Shown in pieces: positions 1 through 11,605 of a stretch of 53,677 bases of DNA (positions are counted from its first letter, which is position 1; the number at the start of each line of letters is the position of its first letter). This DNA comes from Trichodelitschia bisporula. Taxonomy: Eukaryota. The stretch covers positions 248,001 through 301,677 of the forward strand of contig ML996701.1 of assembly GCA_010356995.1 (NCBI GenBank). The letters run 5' to 3'. Made by a program: the position numbers and the translations under genes. The notes below the pieces were generated by a model, which did no database searches, had not been told where the DNA came from, and worked only from the letters and a program-made list of their open reading frames with translations.

Positions 1-960
1 AAGCCAGATGATGAAGGAACACATGCCAGGAACTCTAAGCTGATCACAATGGTCTACATCCCGCCATGGTTCCGTGTCCGGATAGGGTTGTTCGTTCTCG
101 CGGTCTGGCTGTTCGCCGCTGCCACCGGGATTTCGGTAACAATTGTGCCATTGCTCTTCGGGCGGAAATTATTGACAGCTTTCGTTACGCACACAACCGA
201 CGTCAACGATATCTACGCATTTTCCCTCGGCATATACGTCCTGGGCGGCACATTGTTTGTTGGATTACGCTACAAGAGCTTGCTCCGTTTTTTCCAACGC
301 ACCTTGTGGTCGAGGTCGGTGTCACCTAGCCGTGCTCTCACTGCCACCGTCTCCTACGCCAAGCGCGTTGCTTCCGTCGTGTACGTCTACTCGGCATTGG
401 GAATCGGATTACCGCTGTTGTTGGCTGTGCTTCTTGAGCTTTACGTCTTGATGCCGATCCATGCCGCGTTCGGGCCGGACGAGACACACATCATTCACAT
501 CATCCAGGACTGGACGCTAGGCATACTTTACGTCCGGATCGGCACTCGACTCTTCCTCTGGAACCCTGAGTCACGGGCGGGACGGGCAGCACAGGCAGTA
601 GTGCGTGATGGTTACCTCAACCCCAGCGCGAAGCTCGCGACAAGATGCTTCATTTTGCCCTCTCTCCTCGCGTTCTCCGTCCTGGTTGGTGGCCCGTATC
701 TGGGAGCTTCGCTCCTCAATACCACTTACTTTTCGGGTGCGCCATCCGAGGAGAAAGTCCGGATCATGAGATGGGCTCATCCGTTTGCGCTGGGCATAGT
801 GCTTGCCTTGTGGATAGGTGTCGTGACGGGTGCAGCAACCGAGAGGTGGAGGCAGAGAATCAAGGACGAGGTGTATCTGATTGGCGAGCGGCTGCACAAT
901 TTTGGGGAGAAAAGGGCATCTTCAGCGGCACAGCCTGCGCAGTTGAAGTTAAGCATGTAG
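1..960 (+). CDS. DOA10: ERAD E3 ubiquitin ligase Doa10/Ssm4 (MARCH6) homolog, 3' part; gene starts before the window
   Basis: Frame is open from base 1. Multiple hydrophobic TM segments, 'IHIIQDWTLG', and the C-terminal element 'WRQRIKDEVYLIGERLHNF' characteristic of Doa10/MARCH6. Confidence 0.88.
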   Translation, partial: KPDDEGTHARNSKLITMVYIPPWFRVRIGLFVLAVWLFAAATGISVTIVPLLFGRKLLTAFVTHTTDVNDIYAFSLGIYVLGGTLFVGLRYKSLLRFFQRTLWSRSVSPSRALTATVSYAKRVASVVYVYSALGIGLPLLLAVLLELYVLMPIHAAFGPDETHIIHIIQDWTLGILYVRIGTRLFLWNPESRAGRAAQAVVRDGYLNPSAKLATRCFILPSLLAFSVLVGGPYLGASLLNTTYFSGAPSEEKVRIMRWAHPFALGIVLALWIGVVTGAATERWRQRIKDEVYLIGERLHNFGEKRASSAAQPAQLKLSM

Positions 961-1361
961 TAGGCGTTATCATTGCTCAGGCGTTCATGGCGGTGATCAC
1001 AGGGTTTCTTCCAAGGGTTTCCTCTAGTCTAGAATGCGGTGAGCTGGCGTTGTAGTTGTACAATATCTCGTGATTGCAGACAGACGGCATCTATGATGTA
1101 CAACAGCTGAAGTGCTGGTACACTTTGACATAATATATCGATGCACACAGTATAAGGGTACCAGTTAGTCCAGAAACTGGAAAGCGGAAAATCAGCCATA
1201 ATACCGTGCGGTTCATGCGGCAACGGCGTCAGCAGCGGCAATCCAATTGCCAAGACACAAAATCTTGGCGGTGGCTCAAGGGCTGGGAATTTTCCTTCCG
1301 CCAAACCACCAAGAACTTGGTTCAGCATACCGCCGAAGTATTTCGCAACAAGGCCTCAACA

Positions 1362-3293
1362 ATGAAAAGGAAACTGAATGACAACTATGTGCCGGAGGAG
1401 CAGCTTGAGCTGGCAACTGAAACACCAGATGTCGCTTTTACCGCGCTCGGATTGGATCCCCGCATCCTTAAAGCGATCGTCCGCCAGAAATTCGCGAAGC
1501 CGACTCTGGTTCAGTCGCGAGCCATCCCTCTTGCGCTTGAAGGGAAGGACATCGTAGGTATGGGATACTACATCATTGTTATCACAGTCTCTCTCTAATT
1601 ATTTGCAGCTCGGTCCAAAACTGGCTCAGGAAAGACCGCAGCCTATGTGCTCCCGATTCTCCAGTCTATCCTGAAGCTGAAAGCCAGCCCCACGTACAAG
1701 AAATGCGTATCTGCGCTTATACTCGTTCCCCGACGAGACTTGGCCAACCAAGTGACGAAGACGGTCGAGTCCTTCGCGGCGTTTTGCGCGCAGGACATAC
1801 GGGTGGAGAACCTTACCTGGAAGGAGGACGACAATGTGCAGCGGGCGCGCCTCTCCAACTACCCGGACATCATTGTCGCAACTCCTGGCCGGGCGGCAGT
1901 TCATCTCAACAACTCCGACTTGTCGCTCGAAGGACTTACGCATATTGTTATCGACGAGGCCGATCTAGTGCTCTCTTATGAGTACGGACAGGATCTTGAT
2001 GACATCGCGAAAGCAGTTCCCAAGGGAGCTCAGGCTTTTCTTATGAGCGCGACTCTCAAGGCGGAGGCTGAACTGGAAAAGCTCAAGGGCTTGTTCTGTC
2101 AGAATCCAGTGGTGCTGGAGCTGGATGAAGAGGAGAAGGAGTCCGGAACCGTGACGCAATACACTGTCAAATGCGCCGAAGATGAAAAGTTCTTGCTGGC
2201 ATACACCATCTTTATGCTCAAACTGATCAAGGGAAAGACAATCATCTTCGTTGGCGATATCGATCGTTGCTACAGGCTCAAACTTTTCTTGGAGCAGTTC
2301 GGGATTAAGAGCTGCGTTCTGAATTCCGAGCTCCCTGTCAACTCCCGTGTCCACGTTGTGGAACAGTTCAACAAGAACGTATACGACATTATCATTGCCA
2401 CGGATGAGCATGAGGTCCTGGGCGACGAAGAGGGCAACGGAAGCAAAAGGCGGAAGACGGAGCAAGCACCAACTGACGATACCGAGCCCACAGAGGATGC
2501 CACAACGGAAGATGCACCCGCCGAACCTGAAGCAGACGATGAGGATGCGACGGCGAAGATGCCCAAGAAGGACAAAAAGGGCATTTCCAAGGCAAAGCAG
2601 GATAAGGACTATGGAGTTGCGCGCGGCATCGACTTCAGAAACGTTGCCTGCGTCCTGAATTTTGACCTCCCCACCTCAAGCAAATCCTACACCCACCGTA
2701 TCGGCAGAACCGCCCGCGCCGGCAAAACCGGCATGGCGCTTTCGTTTGTGGTCCCCAAGGAGCTTTACCGCAAACACAAGCCGACTAGTATCCCGTCTGC
2801 AGAACACGACGAAGAGGTGCTCGCTCGGATCACCCGGCACCAAGAGAAGAAGGGCAACGAAATCAAGCCTTACGCCTTTGACATGAAGAAGCTGGATGGC
2901 TTCCGCTACCGTCTGGGTGACGCCCTCCGCGCTGTCACCAACGGCGCCATCCGTGAGGCCCGCCTGCGCGAGCTGCGGCAGGAGCTCATCAAGAGCGAGA
3001 AGCTGAAGCGTCATTTTGAGGAGAACCCGGATGACCTGCGGCATCTAAGACACGACGGCGAGCTTAGGGCGGCGAAGGTCCAGGCACATATGCGCCATGT
3101 GCCGGAGTACCTGCTCCCCGAGGGCGGCAAGAAGGTCGCTCAGGAAGAGATTGGGTTTGTGGGGTTTACAAAAGAAAGTCAGAATCGGATTCGGAAGGCG
3201 AGAGCGATTCATAAGGCTAGGGGGAAAAATAAGCAGGCGGCGGCGCGTAAGGCGAATCCGCTTCAGTCGTTCAAGGCGAAGGGCCGAAAGTAG
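1362..3293 (+). CDS. DBP9: DEAD-box RNA helicase Dbp9 (DDX56), 60S biogenesis; intron 1558-1608
   Basis: MKRKL start, Q motif 'FAKPTLVQ', GSGKT after splicing GTATGG..CTAAT..CAG, DEAD, SAT, 'ARGIDF', HRIGRTAR, and a Dbp9-type C-terminus '[21 protein letters not shown]'. Confidence 0.93.
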
Positions 3294-3527
3294 GTTACAG
3301 CAGGTATCACTTTCAATCGGATAGCGGGGGATATTGGATAGACAAACTGTGCACATGAAGACATTGATTCAAGCGCAATGGAGCACGTAGTGAGTTGATC
3401 TTGCCGTGAAATGGTACTATTGATTCATCCGCCCATTACTTGATTTTCCACACCACGACAGCTCAGTCATAACAAATAAATTACATAGATCCAGAGTGAT
3501 GTACATATGCTTTCTTTCAGGGATATC

Positions 3528-4978
3528 TCACTTCCCTAGCATCTCCTCTACATCAGCATCGATTTCCCCCATGGATGTATCGTCGGCAAATGCGTCCAAC
3601 TCGTCAGTGTTAGCGCTGTGAATCTTCCGCCGCTTCCCCTCCGGTTCGACTGAAGCCCCATTCGACTCTGGCGACAAATGACGGCCTTGGCCAACACCAC
3701 CGTTCGACACATATGCTCCGATTCCGGGAACGAACGAGTCGGGAAGTTCGTTATACGGCGGTGGAGCCGGCTCGAAAAACGTGTTCGGCTGCTCCTGCAC
3801 GACGTCAGCACCGGTGGTGGTGACGAAGCCCTTCGGTGTGCCGACAGGCGTGAGGCTCTCAACCGGTGGAGGGGTAAGCGGCTCAGTATCGGGGCGTTCA
3901 GGTTCTTCGAGGCCCGGATGTTCGGCAGAGAGTCCACGCATGATGCTGTTTTCAATCTCACGCCGCTTCTCTTCTGCATTAGTAGCCTGCACTGCAATTT
4001 CAGCTGCCTTGGCCTCGTCCCGTTGCAAGCTCTCCTTTTGCTGGTGCACTAGCCTCTCCAGCCCGTCGAGAAGTGCCCTGCGTGCCTTGATGCTCTCTGC
4101 GACGGCACCCTCAGCGTTAGCGAGGGTCTTGATGAGAGCACTCAGTCGGGCAGCGTGGACAGGTGGCGTCGGTACTGGGGCGTTGGGATCCATCTGTCTC
4201 ATGTACTCCGACTGGGCATTCGTGACAGCAGGCTTAGCGAGAACCTCGGCCTTTGTGAGAGAAGCATGCGCGTTGACAGCAGGTTGGAAGTCGGGTGGGA
4301 CAGAGCTCGCACTGGCTGCAAAAAGTGAGCCACCGAGCGCAGCTTTTTTTCCGGTACTTCGACTACGATCGATTTCTGCGTAAGACAGCTGTCAGCAAAT
4401 GCTGCATGAACCAGGCTGAGGAGTGTCTTACCATCAAGGCGCGCTTCGATATTCTGCTGTACGCTGAAGTCAAAGATGTGACGGCTCCGGAGCACTTCAA
4501 TGACCCTCCTGATCTTCTGCTGGACGTCCATGGAAGCTCCCTTGTAGGCGGCGGCGATGCCCTCGGCGATGATCTGACCGCGTTAGCGCAAACCGCTTTG
4601 TGGAAGCATAGAACATGGCACTTACAGGGGAGAATGCGCGGATGAAGTCCTCCTTCTTACGAGCCTTAGACTGCTGACACACTTCTGTTGCGATGTCAGT
4701 ATCTGTTGAGCATCATCGCAAGGCAAAGGAAGTACCGTTCGCAAGATAGACGAGATTCAGTCGCTTTGACGCATGGGAATCTTTCATCTTCTCAAGCCAG
4801 ATCTGAGCGGTTCTATCGGCATAGCGCCTTTTATAAGGTCAGCGAATGCTCCAGCACCGTATCGAGGACGCCAGCAATACCGATGGAACATAACCCATTG
4901 GGAAACCGTAACGATGGCTTCTTGGGTGTCATTCAGGGCAGATAGCTTTGCCTTGACGGCATCGTCGGTATACGACAT
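3528..4978 (-). CDS. RTT103: RNA Pol II CTD-interacting (CID) protein Rtt103/RPRD1 homolog; 4 introns
   Basis: The spliced N-terminus 'MSYTDDAVKAKLSALNDTQEAIVTVSQWVMFHR|RYAD...KRLNLVYLAN|EVCQQSKARKKEDF' is a typical CID. Four GT-AG introns with CTRAC branch sites join the ORF pieces to 3528..4202. Confidence 0.88.
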
Positions 4979-5346
4979 GTTGGGAAAGAGGTCGTGATGA
5001 AAGAATTGGTAGGCAAACGAGATGCTGAGGTTGGGAGAGCTAGCGCGCGCAAGCGGTCGGCATCCTTTAAAAGGTGCAGTTTGCCAGGCACAGTACAATG
5101 CCTCTCAAACAATGAAAGACGAAAGCACGACCAGCTGTTCTTGGCTTTAAGGGTGGCCCGTGCCCACCGCAAACCTCCGTACGAGCCCCGTTACCTGTGT
5201 TGAATGGCTATCACCACCGACACCACCATTTCCCACTGCGCTCCATCTCCACACTCCTTTTACAACGATCTACTCGGCCTTTTCCTCCTACTGCTCCTCC
5301 CCTTCCCGAACCGCTCACCAGAATCCAACCACACCTTCCCGTCATC
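4979..5346. promoter_or_regulatory. Short bidirectional promoter region between divergent RTT103 and CLC1
   Basis: 368 bp separate the two head-to-head start codons; a pyrimidine-rich leader precedes CLC1. Confidence 0.55.
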
Positions 5347-6205
5347 ATGGCGGAGCGCTTCCCCTCGCTCGAGGAAATTGATGCCGGTAAGTACACATAT
5401 CTCAGCTCATCTAGCTTCCATCGCTAATTAGTACTCCGTTGCAGGTCAGACGGAAGTACACGACATTGGTGCTGGTACGGGTAATGCCACTAGCTTCCTC
5501 GACCGTGAGCGCGCGCTCTTAGGCGACGATGCCGATCAGTTCGCGACACCAAACGACAATCTGGCCTCAGTTGAGGACGCTGGCGACGACGACCTGTTAG
5601 GCGGAGGCGCCAGCTATGACACCGCTAACGAGGAGATGTCTGGCTTTGAGAGCGCTTTTCCGGCGATAGATACCACCAACGACGTAAGCACCAGCGCATC
5701 CACACATGCTCAGTGTTTGCCCCTAACTCCGTGCTAGCACATGGCACCCGGCGGCACAATCACTGGCTCGGCCTTCCTTCCCGGCGGTCCCATCCCCACG
5801 TCATACCCGCCGCCTTCGTTCGCCGAGCCCGAGGAGGAGCCCGATGTCATCCGTGAATGGCGCGAGCGTCGCGCCCTCGCCATCCAGCACCGCGATGAGA
5901 TCTCGGCCGAGCGCAAGGCGCAGACAGTCAACGAGGCTCAGCAGGCCATTGACGACTTCTATGAGGCTTACAATGACAAAAAGGACAAGCACGTTGCGCA
6001 AGCTCGCCAGGAGGCTGAAGAGTTCCTCAACTCCCGCGATGACACCACAGCTGGTGGCACAAGCTGGGAGCGCATCGCGAAGCTTGTCGACCTCAGCGGC
6101 AAGGGTGTCAAGGGTGGTGCTGCCGGTGGGGGTAAGGAGCGCTTCCGGGAGCTGCTCCTCAGCCTGCGCAAGGACGAGAATGCACCGGGCGCTTCGGGCT
6201 ACTAA
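5347..6205 (+). CDS. CLC1: Clathrin light chain; introns 5387-5444 and 5684-5737
   Basis: 'MAERFPSLEE', 'FLDRERALLGDDADQF', 'EEPDVIREWRERR', 'GTSWERIAKLVD..RFRELLLSL'. Both canonical introns keep the frame. Confidence 0.93.
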
Positions 6206-6976
6206 TCGGTTGGCTCATATCAGACTGAAGGACTGATCCGGGCGACTTCGCAATGACATTGGTACAATCGGCTTTTTCACTGCTTGTTAGGGTATAGGCC
6301 TCGGAGCTCATGGCGTTGCGTCTTTATACATCGGGGAAGCGAGAAAATCCGGTTGTTTGATTGCAGGGACATGTGCATTGATCTTTCGTGAGGATAGCTA
6401 TGTAGTATCTGTCCTTGTGTCGTCTTCAGTGATGTACGTGATTGTTGGGGTACCTGACAGAACGGCATCCGATGACGTAGTGAACAACAAATCTTCGCGA
6501 CGGTTTTATTGAAACTGTCCACCATGGTGTAGCTACTGATGACTTCTGACAGGTGTCATCTCAAGTTTACAAAGCTGTTCGCGACGTGGCGACCCCCACA
6601 GGGTTTATCCCGTGACATTGCCCTCTTTCAACTTCGGCTTGCCACTTGCCGGTCGCGGATCCCGAACTTTTTAACTCGGTAAAATGCTTCATCTTCGGTA
6701 TGGTCTAATAGCGTGAGTGCGTCGCAGAGTGATAAGTCTCCGTTTTCATTCACTCAAATCTCCCTAGATATATCATCCTACCGGTCCAGATGGATTTGAG
6801 GAGAGATATCTAGACCCTGGTCCGCATTCCGTCATCGACTGAATATCATCGCCGCCCCGCACGCATTGTGACATCGCATCAGAGTTGGATGTCAACAGCA
6901 ACTCTTCAGAGTTGACTTTCTTCGTACAACACAATCTAGCATCCCAGTCGCATCGCTGCCATTGCAAAGAACAATC

Positions 6977-8668
6977 ATGGCGCCTACTCCCGGGATCTTG
7001 TATGTGACAATGGCCCCCCACGCAACCCTGCCTCCAGCCCAGTTCCATGACTGGTATCAGAACGAGCATGGTCCGGGACGCCTACGACTACCTCACATCT
7101 TCCTTAACGGCTTCCGATACCGCCTTGATTCATCGCAAAAGGATCCATCGGAAGAGCAGCCGGAATGGATGGCCATCTACGACGTCACGGACATGGCCTA
7201 CATGCTGTCCGAGGAGTACACCCGGCTGCGGAAGTCACCGGTCCAAAGCCAGCGTGAGCGCGATACCATGAAACAAATCAAGGTGGACCGGAAATTCTAT
7301 GATCTCGTCCACGAGAGCCGGGGCGACGGGTTCAAGGCGCTGGAAGACGTCGCCTTGGAGGGGAATGAAGGAAATCTGATCGTGGCCGTGATCAACACGC
7401 TACAAGAACCAGGCGGCCGCGCCGAACTGCAGAAGTGGTACGAGGAGGAACACATCCCGCTGCTGGCGAAGGTGCCCGGCTGGCGCCGCTCCCGCGTCTT
7501 CACCTCCAGCACCGTCGAGGAAAAGCGAGCCGGCTACTTCGAGTTCCTAGTCCTGCATGAGTACGACCCTCAGAGCAACGGGCTGGATGGCCCCGAGTTC
7601 AAAGCCGCTGTTGGCACGCCCTGGCGCCAGCGCATTTTTGACACAGTCATCAAGACGAAGAAACGCACTGTCTACAACCTCGCCTATACCTTTGGTCCGG
7701 CGCCGCGTGATCTGGCCTCTCTCACTGATCTGGCCACCGCACCGCTGACCTTTGCCGAAAACCGGACGCGCACGTATCCGGCCCGCGATGGCAGCCCAGC
7801 GGCTATCGAGTCCTACGTCATCACACCCGACGGGTGTCTGTTGCCCTACCGGCTGGAGGGGTACACGACGGACCCACAAGCGCCCCTATTGGTGCTCATC
7901 AATTCCGTGCTCGTGGAATACGGCATCTGGGATGGGTTCATCCGGGCCTTCTTCGCTCGGCCCGAGAACCGCAAGTTCCGCGTCGTGCGGTACAACGCCC
8001 GTGGCCGATCTGCAAATTGCGGACTCGAGGGCGATAATGTCACGGTTGATTTACTCGCCCGCGATGTCACGAGCTTGCTGGATGCGCTGCGGGTGCTTAG
8101 GGCGGCTGGAGTGATTGGCGTGTCTCTGGGGGGTGCGACGAGCTTGAATGTTGCGCTCAAGTACCCGGAACGTGTGGCTGTATTCGTTGCGTGTGATACC
8201 AATGCTGCGGCTCCGGAGGGCAATCCCAAGGCGTGGGGCGAACGGATTGCACTGGCTGAGAGTGAGCAGGCGGTTTCAACGGCGGGGGAGAGGGTGGTCG
8301 GGGGGAAACTGGCGGAGATTACCACGAAGCGGTGGTTTGTGGATGAGAGCTACGATGGCGGTAAGAAGGAGAAGGAGTGCTGGAGGATTAATGAGATGGT
8401 GAAGAACAACAGTCTTGAGGGTTTTAAGAAGGGGGTAAAGGCGCTTTATAAGTACGATTTCAGGGACGATATGAAGGCTGGGAAGGTCAAGGGTGCATTT
8501 ATGGTTGGTGGGAGGGATGGTGTCCTGCCCAAGGCCATGGTTGGCATGAAAGACGGGTATGCGGATGGGACGTCGTGGTTCGTGATCATTGACAATGCTG
8601 GTCATCTTCCAATGGTGGAGAAGCCGGAGCTGTTTGCAGACGCTATCACGATATTTTTGGCGGAGTAG
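6977..8668 (+). CDS. Fusion of two EthD-like dimeric alpha-beta barrel modules with a C-terminal PcaD-like alpha/beta hydrolase; candidate lactone hydrolase of the 3-oxoadipate pathway
   Basis: Repeated 'FHDWYQNEH'/'LQKWYEEEHIP.L.KVPGW' barrel motifs. The hydrolase half has a nucleophile elbow GVSLG, a probable acid in GGRDG and His in AGHLPMVE. Intronless. Confidence 0.8.
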   Translation: MAPTPGILYVTMAPHATLPPAQFHDWYQNEHGPGRLRLPHIFLNGFRYRLDSSQKDPSEEQPEWMAIYDVTDMAYMLSEEYTRLRKSPVQSQRERDTMKQIKVDRKFYDLVHESRGDGFKALEDVALEGNEGNLIVAVINTLQEPGGRAELQKWYEEEHIPLLAKVPGWRRSRVFTSSTVEEKRAGYFEFLVLHEYDPQSNGLDGPEFKAAVGTPWRQRIFDTVIKTKKRTVYNLAYTFGPAPRDLASLTDLATAPLTFAENRTRTYPARDGSPAAIESYVITPDGCLLPYRLEGYTTDPQAPLLVLINSVLVEYGIWDGFIRAFFARPENRKFRVVRYNARGRSANCGLEGDNVTVDLLARDVTSLLDALRVLRAAGVIGVSLGGATSLNVALKYPERVAVFVACDTNAAAPEGNPKAWGERIALAESEQAVSTAGERVVGGKLAEITTKRWFVDESYDGGKKEKECWRINEMVKNNSLEGFKKGVKALYKYDFRDDMKAGKVKGAFMVGGRDGVLPKAMVGMKDGYADGTSWFVIIDNAGHLPMVEKPELFADAITIFLAE

Positions 8669-11605
8669 ATATGTTCATTAGGGTTGATAGTCGATATCTT
8701 GACGACTGGCTGACTCGATTGCTGGAGTTGACGTCGAGATGTGAGCGTCGTGATATCTCAACCCCACATATTAGCCGCAAATGCAGTTGAAATCGGCGAT
8801 ATGATACGTAAATTTGGCATCAATGTGATTCGATGAAGACAGTAGACCAGTGTTCGGCAACCCTTGAGCGTACGCAGTAGAAGCATTCTTATCGGAGCAT
8901 CCAAGGCGTATCAGGCAACTCAGGGTCGCTTGCGGCTAACCAGTACTGGAAGCTCTCGCAGTGCGTATGTACGGTCCTGCACCTTAATTGATCAATCAGG
9001 GAGCGTGCTTGCAATTCAAGAAGCCGATGTTACAAGATGATAGGGCGTTCGCGAAGCATGTGAGACGAGAGAAGGGAGTTGACAGTCGAGAGTGCGTCCT
9101 GCTTGGAAGGGATGCCAGATATGATGCAGCCCATGTCTGCGTCTCCTCATTCACAACGCGAAGAGAACGGGAACATTGAAGCTCCAGACTTTCAGGCGAG
9201 ATGACATTGAGCACATTGATGAATATCTGAGCCAATTGGACCAGACGAGGAGTGTTTACTCCCTCCACATAGAGTGTTTCGACAAGCAATACGCTCGTTG
9301 TCCGGACGCGTAGAATCCGGAGGCGAACATTCAGTAGTCGATCGGTACCCTACCGTAATCGCATGGTCCGCGGACATCACCAGGCAAACGATCGGCACGC
9401 TCAATCAGCTCCCAGGAGCCGGCAGGCCACCCATCAAGACCCAAGGCCACACTGAGCCGAAGCTGACGTGAAGTTCACAACCAACAGCGCCCCAGACGCG
9501 CAAGGCTGCGCGGAGAAGCGCGGCATTTCCAGCCCCAGCCTCGGAGCATCATCCCGCCGGCTGGGCTCCGGGCCAATAAACACGTGTTTGAGGAGCAGCA
9601 GCAGATCAGCCTTCCTCGGTCTTGATTGCTTCAGCGATCCATCAGCTTGCACCGCGTGCGATTAATGGGGGTGGTTGGGGACCGGGACGAGGCCGTGTGT
9701 TGTTGTCTTGGGAGGCTGGGGGACTAGCCGAATAGGGCGAGTGACAGGGATCAGCGCGCTTGCCCCTGGTCGAGTGGCGAGACGCGTCCGACGTCGAGAC
9801 ATGGGGGCGCTGGTGCTGGGGACGTCTGGCACTGGCCCACGGTGCGCCGCGGTAACTCAAGATGCAGTCAACGAGGCGTGTCAGCGAGTTATGAGTTGCG
9901 GCAGTGCGTCTCAGGCCCGGCCGGGGCGTAAAGGGCGTAGGTTCCGTCGTAATGTGCGGGGCAGGACGCTTGCAACACGGCGAGCTACGCCGGTAGACGC
10001 CGGGAAAGAATAGGCCAAGAGGGATGATCCTGAGCTCTGGCAGCTAACATGTCAAAACAAACAGATGGGAATCGCACGATCCGCCCTTGTTACACGCTTA
10101 ACCACGGGTGGCAGCGCGTGCGGTCTCTCGGAAGCAAACAGAACAGATGCAACAGGGATCTGACCGAGCTGCAGCAGCGCCTCCCGGCAGACGCGGACAA
10201 GGGGGGGGAGCGCTGTAGTCAATTACCAGTAGGACGCCTCGGCCGTTGCTATGCAGCTAGCTTTGTTGACGAATGGGATCCCGGCTGGTGATAGCTTCTC
10301 ACAGACCACAGCCGGCCAGAGCTTTCCCCGGTCAAGAGCTTTGACGCCAATCAAAATAGGGGAGGCTGGTGGCGCTCATTCAGTGCAACAACAGGACAGC
10401 TGAGAAGCGACGGAACCATCACAGCCCCAAGCCAATTGACGCCGTCCACGAAAGGCGACACGGCGCGGCCGAAAAAGAAGATGGCTGGGAGAGCCCAGAG
10501 GAGCGGAGAATTGATGAAGACTTGGAGAGTGGGGTGCGGGAACAGCGGTAATTGACTGGATGGAAAAGAAGCTTCGACCAGAGCTTCAAAGCGGAACGAC
10601 GCGGAGGGAATTACGGTAGCCGGAGCAGGCGATATTATTATGAACGACCCCAGCCCCCCCATTCTTCCCCACTCTCCCAGGCTTCGGCTTCAACCCCCCC
10701 TTTAACAGTTCAGTCTCACTCTCACGTTTCATCGACATGTGCAGGATGGCGGGGGAAGAAGGGAAAAGGGCTTATGCCGCATCTCTATTGCTTCATGTTC
10801 TTGTTCCCCCTTCCCCGGCCCCCCAGATATCATGGCTCTGCTCATCTAAATTGAAAGGCCGGGAAACGCAAGGTCGTCAACAAACAACAAAGCAACAAGC
10901 GGCGGCGACGGGATGGAATTGGTGGACAAACAATGGAATCGGTTCGCGACTCCAATCCCATGTGCTTCCCAGCAAGGGAGTAGATATTAGATCCAACGTA
11001 GTGCGTAGACGAGCCCGAGAGAGTGAGCAAAAGACTCGGCAAAAACGCCAAAAAGCCCGCAAGAGAGCCAAATGAAGCCAAAGCTATCAGCAAGGCCCCA
11101 CGGCGCTATGCCTGAACGGTGATGCGTCAAAACAGTGATTGCGAGACGCGCCGTGCCATAAGAAACGCCAGCCCCGTTTCGCCCCAGCTGGGACCCACTT
11201 TCTCTTTCCCGCCTCCCACCATTTCCCCTCCCATCAACACTTGTCCTGCATATTCCACTACCCCCCAAAGTGCATAACCCCCTCTGTTCCAATCCAATCC
11301 AAACCTCAAATCATAACACAACTTTCCTGCACCTCTAAACCTTCCATCAATTGGCAGCTATTTGAACCGCGTTTCCCAGCAAAGCAACAACACCATCCCG
11401 CATTTACCCCTCACTCCAACAACCCCCCAAACCAAACAAACCTGGCGCCGACATCTCTGGTTTATCTCTCTTTCATTCTCTTCAAGAGATCTTCTTAGGC
11501 AATCCTCTTCTCAAGGAGCCAAGAAGTTCTTTCTTGTCTTCCTCTTGATCTGTTCCCGAACGGCTCGAGGGGTTTTCAAGAAGGAACGCCGCGACTCCAG
11601 ACAAC

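Noticed and set aside
8700..11120. Many short ORFs upstream of hex-1
   Set aside because: No recognisable motifs, codon pattern or consistent splice structure. Treated as a long intergenic/regulatory region.
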